From NCBI GenBank assembly GCA_964592355.1, contig CAZQBZ010000001.1:1-48062 (forward strand): 48,062 nucleotides of DNA, given 5' to 3'. Below the pieces are notes generated by a model that was not told where the DNA came from, did not search any database, and worked only from the letters and a program-made list of their open reading frames with translations. The DNA is from an uncultured Candidatus Saccharibacteria bacterium. Its GTDB lineage: Bacteria; Patescibacteriota; Minisyncoccia; Minisyncoccales; Staskawiczbacteraceae. The translations under genes and the position numbers were made by a program. This document shows, piece after piece, positions 17,205 to 25,852 of the stretch; the first letter of the stretch is position 1, and every line of letters begins with the position of its first letter.

Positions 17205-18109
17205 TGTCAACATTATATACGCAAGCAGATTCAAACACGCGAAAAACCTGGTTCTTGTTAACTGGGTTTTTGGTCTTTATCATCGCCATTGGCTGGCTGT
17301 TCAGTTACGCCTTAAACGATACAACAATTCTGTATGTCGCTGTTTTTATAAGCATATTTTCAAGTTTTGGCAGCTATTGGTGGTCTGACAAAATTGTTCT
17401 GTCAATGTACAGGGCCAGCCCGATTGAGAAAAAAGACAACCCAGAGCTTTATCGTCTGGTTGAAAATTTGTGCATCACGGCAGGCCTGCCAGTGCCCAAA
17501 ATATATATTTTGCCCGAAGCCCAGCCCAATGCCTTTGCAACCGGACGCAATGCAAAACACGCCGTGGTTGCCGTTACCCAGGGGCTTTTACAAAGATTGG
17601 ATAAAACAGAGCTTCAAGGCGTTTTGGCGCATGAGCTTTCGCACATAGGCAACAAAGATATGCTGCTCAGCACAATCGTTGCGATTTTGGCGGGAGTAAT
17701 TGCGATATTGGCAAATATGTTTTTGAGAGTTGGCTCTTTTGGCGGGCATAGAAATTCTGACGATAACAAGGGAGGTGTGATATTTGTGGTTTTGGCAATC
17801 ATTGCCGCCATTCTGGCTCCGATTGCAGCCAGTATGGTACAACTGGCAATTTCTCGCAAGCGTGAATTTTTAGCAGATGCCGACGGGGCGCTTCTAACAA
17901 GGTATCCGGAGGGCCTGGCTTCTGCTCTTGAAAAAATTTCGCAAGACGCCACACCAATGAGGGTAAAAAATGAAGCAACGGCGAGTTTGTTTATTGATAA
18001 CCCCCACAAGGGAAAGCAAAAAACAAACTGGTTCGTAAAATTATTTATGACCCATCCGCCAATCGAAGAGCGCATCCAGGCCCTTCGCGGAATGGATGTT
18101 AATAATTAA
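17204..18109 (+). CDS. htpX: zinc metalloprotease HtpX (M48)
   Basis: HELSHIGNKD (HExxH), 4 TM segments, EFLADADGA and a THPPIEERI tail. Confidence 0.92.
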   Translation: MSTLYTQADSNTRKTWFLLTGFLVFIIAIGWLFSYALNDTTILYVAVFISIFSSFGSYWWSDKIVLSMYRASPIEKKDNPELYRLVENLCITAGLPVPKIYILPEAQPNAFATGRNAKHAVVAVTQGLLQRLDKTELQGVLAHELSHIGNKDMLLSTIVAILAGVIAILANMFLRVGSFGGHRNSDDNKGGVIFVVLAIIAAILAPIAASMVQLAISRKREFLADADGALLTRYPEGLASALEKISQDATPMRVKNEATASLFIDNPHKGKQKTNWFVKLFMTHPPIEERIQALRGMDVNN

Positions 18110-18119
18110 AATAATCATT

Positions 18120-18359
18120 ATGAATGATAAAAGAATTTATAGGGACGAGTTCAATAATATTATAAAAGAGCTTTTTCCTTTCAGCGACAAAGAAAGGGAT
18201 TATCTCAAGGCTATTTTTGACAAAGACCTCGTTGACGGCTTGACAGAATGGGAATTAAAAGACAAAGTAATAAAGATGCAGACAAATCAGACCGACGAAG
18301 TGGACACATACGAGGCTCAAAAGATAAAAAATAAGCTTTTAGGAAAGCTTGGCGGATAA
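18120..18359 (+). CDS. hypothetical small protein
   Basis: 79-aa ORF counted from the internal ATG. The alternative upstream start at 18096 overlaps the htpX end. No family recognised. Confidence 0.45.
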   Translation: MNDKRIYRDEFNNIIKELFPFSDKERDYLKAIFDKDLVDGLTEWELKDKVIKMQTNQTDEVDTYEAQKIKNKLLGKLGG

Positions 18360-18374
18360 CCGCTGATATACCCT

Positions 18375-18458
18375 GGAGAAGTCGCATAGCGGCTATTGCA
18401 ACGCCCTGGAAAGGCGTGCCCTTAACGGGGCCCGTGGGTTCGAGTCCCACCTTCTCCG
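18375..18458 (+). tRNA. tRNA-Ser(GGA)
   Basis: GGAGAAG/CTTCTCC acceptor stem, ACGCC-CTGGAAA-GGCGT anticodon arm (GGA), long variable arm, GTGGG-TTCGAGT-CCCAC T arm and discriminator G. No CCA is encoded. Confidence 0.85.
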
Positions 18459-18542
18459 CTTTTTAAAGCTTAATATAACCCATATCTGTTAAGGCAATCT
18501 GGACATTGTCCAGTTTTAGCGTAGACTAAAACTTGTATTAAC

Positions 18543-20096
18543 ATGTCTGGTAATAATCAAGAACAAATTATATCTCTTAGAAATTCATGCCTAGCAAATG
18601 CCGAAGCCTTATTGTCAATGGCCGAGAGAGAAATAGGCAAAGGAGTCGATCATGTGTGCTTTCATTTGGGTCTTTTGGCATTAGAAGAAATAGGAGAGGC
18701 TGTAATCGCCACCATAAATTATACTAACGATGTTGCAGGTAAGCGAAATGAGGATTTATATGCTGCAATGTATGATCACGTAAAGAAGGCGTTTTGGGCG
18801 ATATGGGGTGAAAGCGTTATTGACAGTCAGGGGCTTCTTAAAAAGAATTTAGAAGATAATATTCATCTCGCTACGACCCTTCACAAAAGGAGACTCGAAT
18901 CACTTTATACAAACCCAGATAATCCTCTTCCTTTAGATAAACGGGTTGAGGATAAGGAGTTAACCATGCTTATAAACCTTACAAGGGCTCGGTTAGAGTA
19001 TGAAAAAAGTAAGGAAATAAAACCATTAGATGAGGTTGATACCGAAATATTATTGTGGTATTTTAATGCTTTAGAAAATCCTGATATTAGGAAATATATA
19101 TTTAGTAAGCCATCATTGGATAAATTTGTAGAATTACAACAGGGCGGTGAATGGATAAAGTGGTTGCGGCAAGAATTTAAAAAGCATGAAGAGGAAATGC
19201 GTAAGCTTGCAAAGGAAGAAATTGAAAGACGAACACCCGAAGAAAAAGATGCTCTTAAACCAAAATATAAAATGCGAGTGCGAATACAAACACCATCTCA
19301 TTCTATTAGGAATGGCGCTTTCGCAAGTTGGAATTCCGGTATAGACAACATTAAATTGTACAAGTCGGACAAAAAGGGTGCAAAGAAGCTATCAAAGGGC
19401 GAGATAATAATTGATTTTACTTTTCCAAAAAAGTTGCTGGTTCAGGGTCTCTGGGAACACGGTCTCTACATGGCAAAGACGCTCATCGTTGCTCTTAATG
19501 TAGCCACACTCGGTGTTTTTTGGTGGAATGTGCAAAAAGATATTGAAAAATATTATGAAGAAATTTTAGACCTGGAACGAGATCCGAAGGGAGGAGTAAA
19601 GATTGGTATTGTTCCCCCAAAAAGGTTGAATGTTAATTTTGACCAAGGGATGTTTGTTCTTGACGATAAAGAAATGCAAAATGTAAATTACATGGCAGCT
19701 TACCTCCTTCGTAATTCCAAAAAGCTAGAGGAGTATTTGAAATCTTATGCAATGGCATTGACTCTTTTCAGTAAGACTGACATTCATCTGCGACTGGAAG
19801 TTAATGCGTTTGATGAGTTTTATAAAGCGTTAAAGCATGCCATGATAGCCTTAGGAGATTGGGATAGTAAGGCCGATTTTATGAATGCCGTTAAAAACAA
19901 GTTAAAGGAAGTAGGGGAACTAAAAGAAATCGATCGTACACTTCAGCTGGGAAAGATGTTGGACGAGGATGAAAAAAGAGAAAAATATCATCCTATTACA
20001 TTGACAGAAGTTATTGCTATGAAAGTGTACTGTGATTATTATGTACAGCTTAAGGCTCGTGATTATTTCAGAGAAGAAGAGAAAAAAGTCAGTTAG
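18543..20096 (+). CDS. large hypothetical protein with an N-terminal AbiV/HEPN-like domain (candidate abortive-infection/defence protein)
   Basis: 517 aa. The N-terminus CLANAEALLSMAEREIGKGVDHVCFHLGLLALEEIGEAVI resembles the AbiV-family pattern (NA..LL..A..L......A.fL..lA.EE.GKa) as I recall it. The remainder, including a charged coiled-coil segment, is unassigned. Confidence 0.45.
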   Translation: MSGNNQEQIISLRNSCLANAEALLSMAEREIGKGVDHVCFHLGLLALEEIGEAVIATINYTNDVAGKRNEDLYAAMYDHVKKAFWAIWGESVIDSQGLLKKNLEDNIHLATTLHKRRLESLYTNPDNPLPLDKRVEDKELTMLINLTRARLEYEKSKEIKPLDEVDTEILLWYFNALENPDIRKYIFSKPSLDKFVELQQGGEWIKWLRQEFKKHEEEMRKLAKEEIERRTPEEKDALKPKYKMRVRIQTPSHSIRNGAFASWNSGIDNIKLYKSDKKGAKKLSKGEIIIDFTFPKKLLVQGLWEHGLYMAKTLIVALNVATLGVFWWNVQKDIEKYYEEILDLERDPKGGVKIGIVPPKRLNVNFDQGMFVLDDKEMQNVNYMAAYLLRNSKKLEEYLKSYAMALTLFSKTDIHLRLEVNAFDEFYKALKHAMIALGDWDSKADFMNAVKNKLKEVGELKEIDRTLQLGKMLDEDEKREKYHPITLTEVIAMKVYCDYYVQLKARDYFREEEKKVS

Positions 20097-20192
20097 TTAG
20101 TTGCTTAATTGCTTTTATTGCTTCGCGAACGCTCTCTATGTAGGGAGTGTCTTGGAGGGTTATAATAAGCGTCGGGCGTGCCCGCTTGTATT

Positions 20193-20221
20193 AAAAAGCA
20201 TCCACAATGTGGATGCTTTTT
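20193..20221 (+). terminator. rho-independent terminator
   Basis: AAAAAGCATCCAC-AAT-GTGGATGCTTTTT: a perfect 9-bp stem followed by a T-run. Confidence 0.75.
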
Positions 20222-20342
20222 AATGAAAATTGGTGGGGCGAGAACCTCAAATCACTCCGTGTCGGAAAATATTAAAAACCGAGGGTTTTTAAAGCCGGGG
20301 GTCGGGGTGATTTGGAGGGGTTCTAGCGAGCCGTGGCGAGCG

Positions 20343-20360
20343 GAGTCCCACCTTCTCCGC
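20343..20360 (+). repeat. 18-nt direct repeat of the tRNA-Ser 3' end (att-like islet boundary)
   Basis: GAGTCCCACCTTCTCCGC is identical to 18441-18458, the 3' end of tRNA-Ser. Confidence 0.8.
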
Positions 20361-20563
20361 AAAATTAAATGCCCACGATAGGGCTTTTAATTTGCAGATA
20401 CCTGGTAGGAGGGTTGGTGAGGTAAAAAGGGTTCTTATAATTATTTTTACCCTATGTCGTCTCAGAATTTTTGTATATGTTGCCATGAACAGAGTTGCGT
20501 TGCCAGCGCGCGAAAAATCAAGACTCCTTGCAGAGATAAAATGGCCGGGTGTATTATAATAAT

Positions 20564-21529
20564 ATGAACAAATACCTACTATTAACTCTATTAATTATAT
20601 TATTCGTAATTATTTTTGCCTCGTTTCAATATTTTTATCCTGGGAGCCCGGAGAATATTAATTCTAAGAATTTTGAAATACTTGCTCATCGAGGCGCGCA
20701 TGTGATGTGGAAGCAGGGAGAATATGATTTGGCGACGGGATGCGAGGCAACCCATATTTATAAGCCGACAGAAGATCAAACATATATTGAAAACACTATT
20801 GAATCAATTAAGAAGGCGTTTGAGTTAGGAGCAACGATTGTCGAAATTGACATCAGATCAAGCAAGGATAATGTTTTAATGATAAGCCATGAAGAAAATT
20901 TGGAATGTAAAACGGATGGACATGGAAAGATTGGCGACTACACGGCAGATGAGCTTAAAAAACTTGATGTCGGTTATGGTTTCACTTATGACGATGGGCA
21001 GACATATCCATATAGAGGAAAAGGCATAGGGAAAATGCCAACTCTTCAAGAAGTTTTAAAAGAATTTCCCGATAAAAAATTTTTAATTGATCATAAGGAT
21101 CGCACTAAGGAAACGACCGATTTGCTGATTAGTGTATTAAAAGAACTTAAAGAAGAACAAAGACAAAAGATATTTTTTTGGAGCTCTAAAGAAATGGGGG
21201 ACTACTTGCAAAAAGAGGTTCCAGAAACAAAGCGCTTATTGGCTAATCGTTCGGAAATGAAATCTTGCATAATTAAATATGTTGCCAGTTTTGGCATATT
21301 AGGCTTTGGGGATGAATGCAGTGACTTGGCTATAGTAATGACTAAGCAATACTCTAAGTATATGTGGGGCTGGCCTTATAGCTTCATTAAAAAGGCCCAA
21401 GATAACAATAGCGCCGTGTTTTTAATGGCCGATACTGCAGAGGAAATTGAATGGGCGAAAAATTTGCCAGTTGACGGAGTAATAACAGATTATATTGAAT
21501 TAATTGCCCCTGCTTTTGGAAATAAATAA
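20564..21529 (+). CDS. glycerophosphodiester phosphodiesterase family protein, N-terminal membrane anchor
   Basis: ILAHRGAH...ENTIESIKKAFELGATIVEIDIRSSKDNVLMISHE is a GDPD signature. The ATG at 20564 is preferred over the GTG at 20549. Confidence 0.75.
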   Translation: MNKYLLLTLLIILFVIIFASFQYFYPGSPENINSKNFEILAHRGAHVMWKQGEYDLATGCEATHIYKPTEDQTYIENTIESIKKAFELGATIVEIDIRSSKDNVLMISHEENLECKTDGHGKIGDYTADELKKLDVGYGFTYDDGQTYPYRGKGIGKMPTLQEVLKEFPDKKFLIDHKDRTKETTDLLISVLKELKEEQRQKIFFWSSKEMGDYLQKEVPETKRLLANRSEMKSCIIKYVASFGILGFGDECSDLAIVMTKQYSKYMWGWPYSFIKKAQDNNSAVFLMADTAEEIEWAKNLPVDGVITDYIELIAPAFGNK

Positions 21530-21706
21530 TATATGAGAGAGATTATAAACTGGATGCGAAATAAAGACAAATAATAACGAAAAACAAGATATAGATCAAA
21601 AATACGCGATTTTTCGCGTATTTTTAGTTGAGAACCCTTTATATTCCCTTTTTTCGTATAGGCTTTTAGAAAGGTCGGATATTAAAACCAAAAAATGTGA
21701 ATATAA

Positions 21707-22285
21707 ATGAATAAGAAATATTTTTTGTATGCCATAGTTCCGGCGCTGCTTCTGGCCTCTGTCGGGGCGGCTGCTTACGCTTCCCAGGCGCAAGACGCTA
21801 ACCCAATGGCCGGCATAGTGGCAAAAATAGCTCAAAAGTTTAATTTGAGCCAAAATGATGTCCAGGCGGTTTTTGATGAATACAGAGATGAAGAAAAAAT
21901 TGAACGTGATGCAAAAATGCAAGAGACACAGGCGCAGATGGAGCAAAAGGTTAAAGACGAATTAACCCAAGCTGTATCTGACGGCAAATTGACACAGGCT
22001 CAAATGGATTTAATCTTGGCTAAACGCGCAGAGTTGCAGGCCGAAAAGCCAGCAATGAGCCAGCAGGCGCCTGGAAAGCCTTCAACTTCAAAAACAAAGG
22101 AAGAAATGGAGGCCGAAAGAACTGCCCGACAGGCAGAAATGAAATCCAAGCAGGATGCCTTAAAACAATGGGCAACTGATAATGGAATTTCAGAAGAATA
22201 CCTCAAATTTGTAGGCAATATGCCAGGGTTTGGGGGAGAGCGCAAAGGTTTCGGCAATATTAATAATCAATCCGATGCTAAATAG
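21707..22285 (+). CDS. hypothetical secreted protein (signal peptide, Gln/Glu/Lys-rich helical)
   Basis: Signal-like N-terminus MNKKYFLYAIVPALLLASVGAAAYASQA followed by low-complexity helical sequence. Confidence 0.6.
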   Translation: MNKKYFLYAIVPALLLASVGAAAYASQAQDANPMAGIVAKIAQKFNLSQNDVQAVFDEYRDEEKIERDAKMQETQAQMEQKVKDELTQAVSDGKLTQAQMDLILAKRAELQAEKPAMSQQAPGKPSTSKTKEEMEAERTARQAEMKSKQDALKQWATDNGISEEYLKFVGNMPGFGGERKGFGNINNQSDAK

Positions 22286-22296
22286 CATTTGAGGTT

Positions 22297-22337
22297 GCGC
22301 CCCTAAAAGGAGATAATTAGATCTCCTTTTTGGCGCA
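22297..22337 (+). terminator. rho-independent terminator
   Basis: GCGCCCCTAAAAGGAGAT-AATTAG-ATCTCCTTTTTGGCGC. Confidence 0.65.
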
Positions 22338-22423
22338 ATATGATTTTGAATAAATATAAATCCACGAGCTTACGCTCGCAGTATTATATCGCTACGCTAA
22401 AAACGTCAGAAATAATAAAAATT

Positions 22424-22735
22424 ATGGACAATAAAACCAAAAAAATTATAACATGGCTGTTAGTGGTTATCGTCGTGTTTGCGGCAGGATTCGGTTCAGG
22501 ATATTTGTTTGGAAAGTCATCTGGTCCGGGAAGATTCTCTGAAATACCAGATGGATTTGGGGGTGTCAGGAATTCCGGAAATAATGTTAATTCCGGATCA
22601 AATTCTGAAACGGAGAATGATGTTAATTCCGGATCGGATTCACTAAACAGAAATATAAGACAGCAGCCTGGAACACAAGCTCCGGAGGGCCAAACTCCAG
22701 AGGGTCAAATGCCCCAGGATATTCAGGCCGAGTAG
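22424..22735 (+). CDS. hypothetical membrane-anchored low-complexity protein
   Basis: An internal ATG is followed by a TM segment (IITWLLVVIVVFAAGFGSGYLF) and Asn/Ser/Gly-rich repeats (NSGNNVNSGSNSETENDVNSGSDS). Confidence 0.5.
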   Translation: MDNKTKKIITWLLVVIVVFAAGFGSGYLFGKSSGPGRFSEIPDGFGGVRNSGNNVNSGSNSETENDVNSGSDSLNRNIRQQPGTQAPEGQTPEGQMPQDIQAE

Positions 22736-22869
22736 CTTTGATAGAAAAACAACAAAAAAACGCCAGGATATGCTGGTGTTTTTTTGTTTGCAAACAAGGT
22801 GTGGTTATGATATTGTTTGCCATAAGCACCTTTCCAAATTCCTCATTCCCTTCAGGGAGGTTGATAGCG

Positions 22870-23448
22870 ATGAGAAAAATAAATCCGAACTGGCTGACCG
22901 CTTCACGCATGGTGGTGTTTGCCCCATTGGCTCTTGGCCTTTTGTGTCTGGATACTCAGCTAAGCCTGGCATTATGTTTGGTTGTGATGCTGCTGGCCGA
23001 GCTGACAGATGCGCTTGATGGCGCGCTGGCCCGCGCCACGGGGCAGGTTACAGACCTGGGCAAGATATTTGACCCTTTGTGCGACTCCGTCTATCACGGC
23101 CTGGTGTGGATGGGATTTGTGGCAGCAGGCTGGATGCCGGCCTATGTAGCCGCCATCTTTTTGTTTCGCGACCAGATAGTGGCCTACATCAGGGTTTACC
23201 TGGCGCAAAAGCAGTTTATAATGGCTGCCCGGTGGTCAGGCAAGGTTAAGGCCGTTTCGCAGGCAACTGCTCAGATAGCAGTGGTTGTGCTGCATTTGGC
23301 ATTGCCCGATACCGAGGCTTCCCGCATAGCTCAGCTGTGCCTGATTGGCGTGGCAGCGGCTGTCACTCTATATTCCCTGATTGACTACATTAAGGGAGGG
23401 CTTTTGCAAAAAGCAGACATTGCGGCGCATTTTAAAGCCGCAGCGTAA
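22870..23448 (+). CDS. CDP-alcohol phosphatidyltransferase family protein
   Basis: DALDGALARATGQVTDLGKIFDPLCD matches D-G-x2-A-R-x8-G-x3-D-x3-D. ATG at 22870 with GGAGG 9 nt upstream. GC-rich. Confidence 0.85.
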   Translation: MRKINPNWLTASRMVVFAPLALGLLCLDTQLSLALCLVVMLLAELTDALDGALARATGQVTDLGKIFDPLCDSVYHGLVWMGFVAAGWMPAYVAAIFLFRDQIVAYIRVYLAQKQFIMAARWSGKVKAVSQATAQIAVVVLHLALPDTEASRIAQLCLIGVAAAVTLYSLIDYIKGGLLQKADIAAHFKAAA

Positions 23449-23480
23449 GGCTTTTGCCTGAGTTCCATCCTCGTTTGTTT

Positions 23481-23528
23481 GTCCCCATCAATATTGCGTC
23501 TTGCATTGTTGCTGGGGACTTTTGTTTT
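23481..23528 (+). terminator. probable terminator hairpin
   Basis: GTCCCCA...TGGGGAC followed by TTTTGTTTT. Confidence 0.45.
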
Positions 23529-23640
23529 GTGGCATATATCTTAGAAACCATATATGCCACTGCGTTCGTAAAAAAGCAACAAGCTCGCTTTGTTGCTTTA
23601 TCTTTATTTGTGGTATAATAATATAAAGAAACAAAAAATC

Positions 23641-24375
23641 ATGAAATTCAAATTTTTAGATAAAGATTATTCTGCCAGTTTTATAATAGGCATCGCCCTG
23701 ATTTTGGCGGCAGCCGTGTTTGGCTTATTCTATTATTATGGCCAGCTGGCAAACACTAAGGATGTGCTGTCAGTAACCGGATCTGCCAAAACAAATGTGA
23801 CCTCTGATCAGGCAAAACTGGTGATCTCATTGTCTAGAACGGTCGCAATTAGCGATTTGTCTTACGGATACGGCCAAATTTCAAGCGATTTGTCTTTGAC
23901 CAAAGCGATGCTGCAAAACGCCGGCGTGGAGGCTTCGGCAATAACAGAAAGCCCTGTTTCAATGTATCAGAATTACTATAAGGAAGGCAGTTCCGAACAA
24001 AGCTATCAGCTTTCTCAGATAATAACCGTGCAATCAGGAGATGTTAATAAGATAACAGAAGTTTCTAAAAAAATTCCGGATTTGGTCTCGCAGGGGGCAG
24101 TGGCAACAGTGCAGTCATTGGAATATTATTATTCCGGATTGCCCGATTTGAGAATTTCTTTATTGTCTGATGCAATAAAAGACGCAAAATCCAGAGCCGA
24201 GAAAATTGCCGAGGGTACAGGCAGGCGAGTGGGCAGTGTTCAAGAGGCTTCAAGCGGAGTGGTGCAGGTTTTATCGCCAAATTCCATTGATATTTCTGAC
24301 TACGGCAACTATGATACCTCAACCGTTGAAAAAGAAGTCATGGTAACGGTAAAAGCTTCTTTTAGGCTAAAATAA
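23641..24375 (+). CDS. SIMPL domain (DUF541) protein
   Basis: N-terminal TM segment, then LSVTGSAKTNVTSDQAKLVISLS... and C-terminus VTVKASFRL, typical of SIMPL. Confidence 0.75.
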   Translation: MKFKFLDKDYSASFIIGIALILAAAVFGLFYYYGQLANTKDVLSVTGSAKTNVTSDQAKLVISLSRTVAISDLSYGYGQISSDLSLTKAMLQNAGVEASAITESPVSMYQNYYKEGSSEQSYQLSQIITVQSGDVNKITEVSKKIPDLVSQGAVATVQSLEYYYSGLPDLRISLLSDAIKDAKSRAEKIAEGTGRRVGSVQEASSGVVQVLSPNSIDISDYGNYDTSTVEKEVMVTVKASFRLK

Positions 24376-24389
24376 TAAAGATAAAAAAT

Positions 24390-24704
24390 ATGAACAAAAC
24401 AGCAATAAGTATCATAATTAAAGTTTTGTTGTTGGTTATAGCCTTGTTTTGGCTGATTTTTTCTTTGATGTCGGGATTTGAAAGCAGCGGGGGATTTAAC
24501 AATTTGCCCAACGCTTTGCCATGGCTGGTCCTGTTAATTGGGGTTATTATCGCTTTCAGATGGGAAATAGTCGGCTCTGTGTTGATTATAATGTATGCTA
24601 TTTTTGCCATGATATTTTTTGGATTCGGCATAGTTGTTTTTATTATTTCTTTGCCGTTGGCCGTATTAGCGGGGGCATTGTTGCTTTTTAGGATTATTTT
24701 ATAA
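24390..24704 (+). CDS. hypothetical small integral membrane protein
   Basis: 104 aa with 3-4 hydrophobic segments. Confidence 0.55.
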   Translation: MNKTAISIIIKVLLLVIALFWLIFSLMSGFESSGGFNNLPNALPWLVLLIGVIIAFRWEIVGSVLIIMYAIFAMIFFGFGIVVFIISLPLAVLAGALLLFRIIL

Positions 24705-24730
24705 TATTTATATAATTAAATTTTAAAAGT

Positions 24731-25504
24731 ATGGCACCTGAAACAAAATCTAAAAAATTTGATCTATCAAACAGGCTATATGTTTTGCTTGTTTTAATTC
24801 TTGTGATTGGTATTGCATATTTTGCCTGGATAGTATTTTACACATACAAGGCGGGAGATATTGAAGATGCAAATCAAATCACCATTTCCGCCACAGGAGA
24901 GGTTTATGCTGCTCCTGATATTGCAGCCTTGACTCTTGGCATCCAGACCGACGGCAAGGATGTTAAAAATATAACCCAAGAGAATACCGAGACAATGAAT
25001 AAAATCATTGACGGTGTAAAAAGCTTGGGTTTGGAAGCAAAAGACATTCAAACAACGCAATATTCCGTTTCGCCTCAATATAATTGGACGCAGGATAAAG
25101 GACAGGTTCTTGAGGGGTATAGAATAACGCAAAACATAGACCTTAAAATAAGGGATTTTGATAAAATTGGAGACATTCTCAGTGTTGCCACCGAAAATGG
25201 CGCGAATATTGTAAGCGATTTGAGATTTTCAATAGAAGACGAAGAGAAGGCTAAAACACAGGCCAGGGATAAAGCGATAGCTGCCGCTAAGGCCAAGGCG
25301 CAGACGATTGCTCATCAGGCCGGCATCAAGCTTGGCGACATAATCAATGTTTATGAAGATTATTATTATGCGCCTGTTCAATATTCTTCAGCAAAAGTGA
25401 TGAATGATATGGCATCCTCTGAGTCTGCCAGAGAAATAGCTCAGGTGGAATCCGGCGAACAACAGGTTCAAATTACAATAAATTTGGTGTACGAAATCAG
25501 GTAA
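24731..25504 (+). CDS. SIMPL domain (DUF541) protein
   Basis: ITISATGEVYAAPDIAALTLGIQT...TTQYSVSPQYNW...ITINLVYEI. Confidence 0.8.
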   Translation: MAPETKSKKFDLSNRLYVLLVLILVIGIAYFAWIVFYTYKAGDIEDANQITISATGEVYAAPDIAALTLGIQTDGKDVKNITQENTETMNKIIDGVKSLGLEAKDIQTTQYSVSPQYNWTQDKGQVLEGYRITQNIDLKIRDFDKIGDILSVATENGANIVSDLRFSIEDEEKAKTQARDKAIAAAKAKAQTIAHQAGIKLGDIINVYEDYYYAPVQYSSAKVMNDMASSESAREIAQVESGEQQVQITINLVYEIR

Positions 25505-25836
25505 TGGATTGCATTTTCTGTAAAATTTCCAAAGGCGAAATTCCTTCCAAAAAAGTTTTTGAAAGCGACAATGTTTTCGCCTTTTTGGATATAAACCCAA
25601 AGGCCAAAACCCACATTTTAGTTGTGCCTAAAAAGCATATTGAATCAGTTAAAACCTTGGATGTTCAAGACAAAGACATTGTGGCAGAAATGATTTTTAC
25701 TGCCAAAGAAATCGCAGAAAAAGAGGGGTTGCAGGGCTATAAGCTGGTTTTCAATGTTGGCCGCGACGGCGGGCAAATTGTTGACCATTTGCATCTGCAT
25801 CTGCTAAGCGGCGATGTGGCTGATTTGCCCGTTTAA
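25504..25836 (+). CDS. HIT family (histidine triad) protein
   Basis: CIFCKI... and the histidine triad DHLHLHLL. Confidence 0.9.
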   Translation: MDCIFCKISKGEIPSKKVFESDNVFAFLDINPKAKTHILVVPKKHIESVKTLDVQDKDIVAEMIFTAKEIAEKEGLQGYKLVFNVGRDGGQIVDHLHLHLLSGDVADLPV

Positions 25837-25852
25837 AATTAATGCCAACTAA

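Noticed and set aside
20230-20360. Possible tmRNA or second tRNA-like gene upstream of the 18-nt repeat
   Set aside because: GGAGGGG...CTTCTCC could pair as an acceptor stem, but no proper D, anticodon or T arms can be built. There is also no tag ORF or tRNA-Ala-like end. This is best explained as an att-site remnant.
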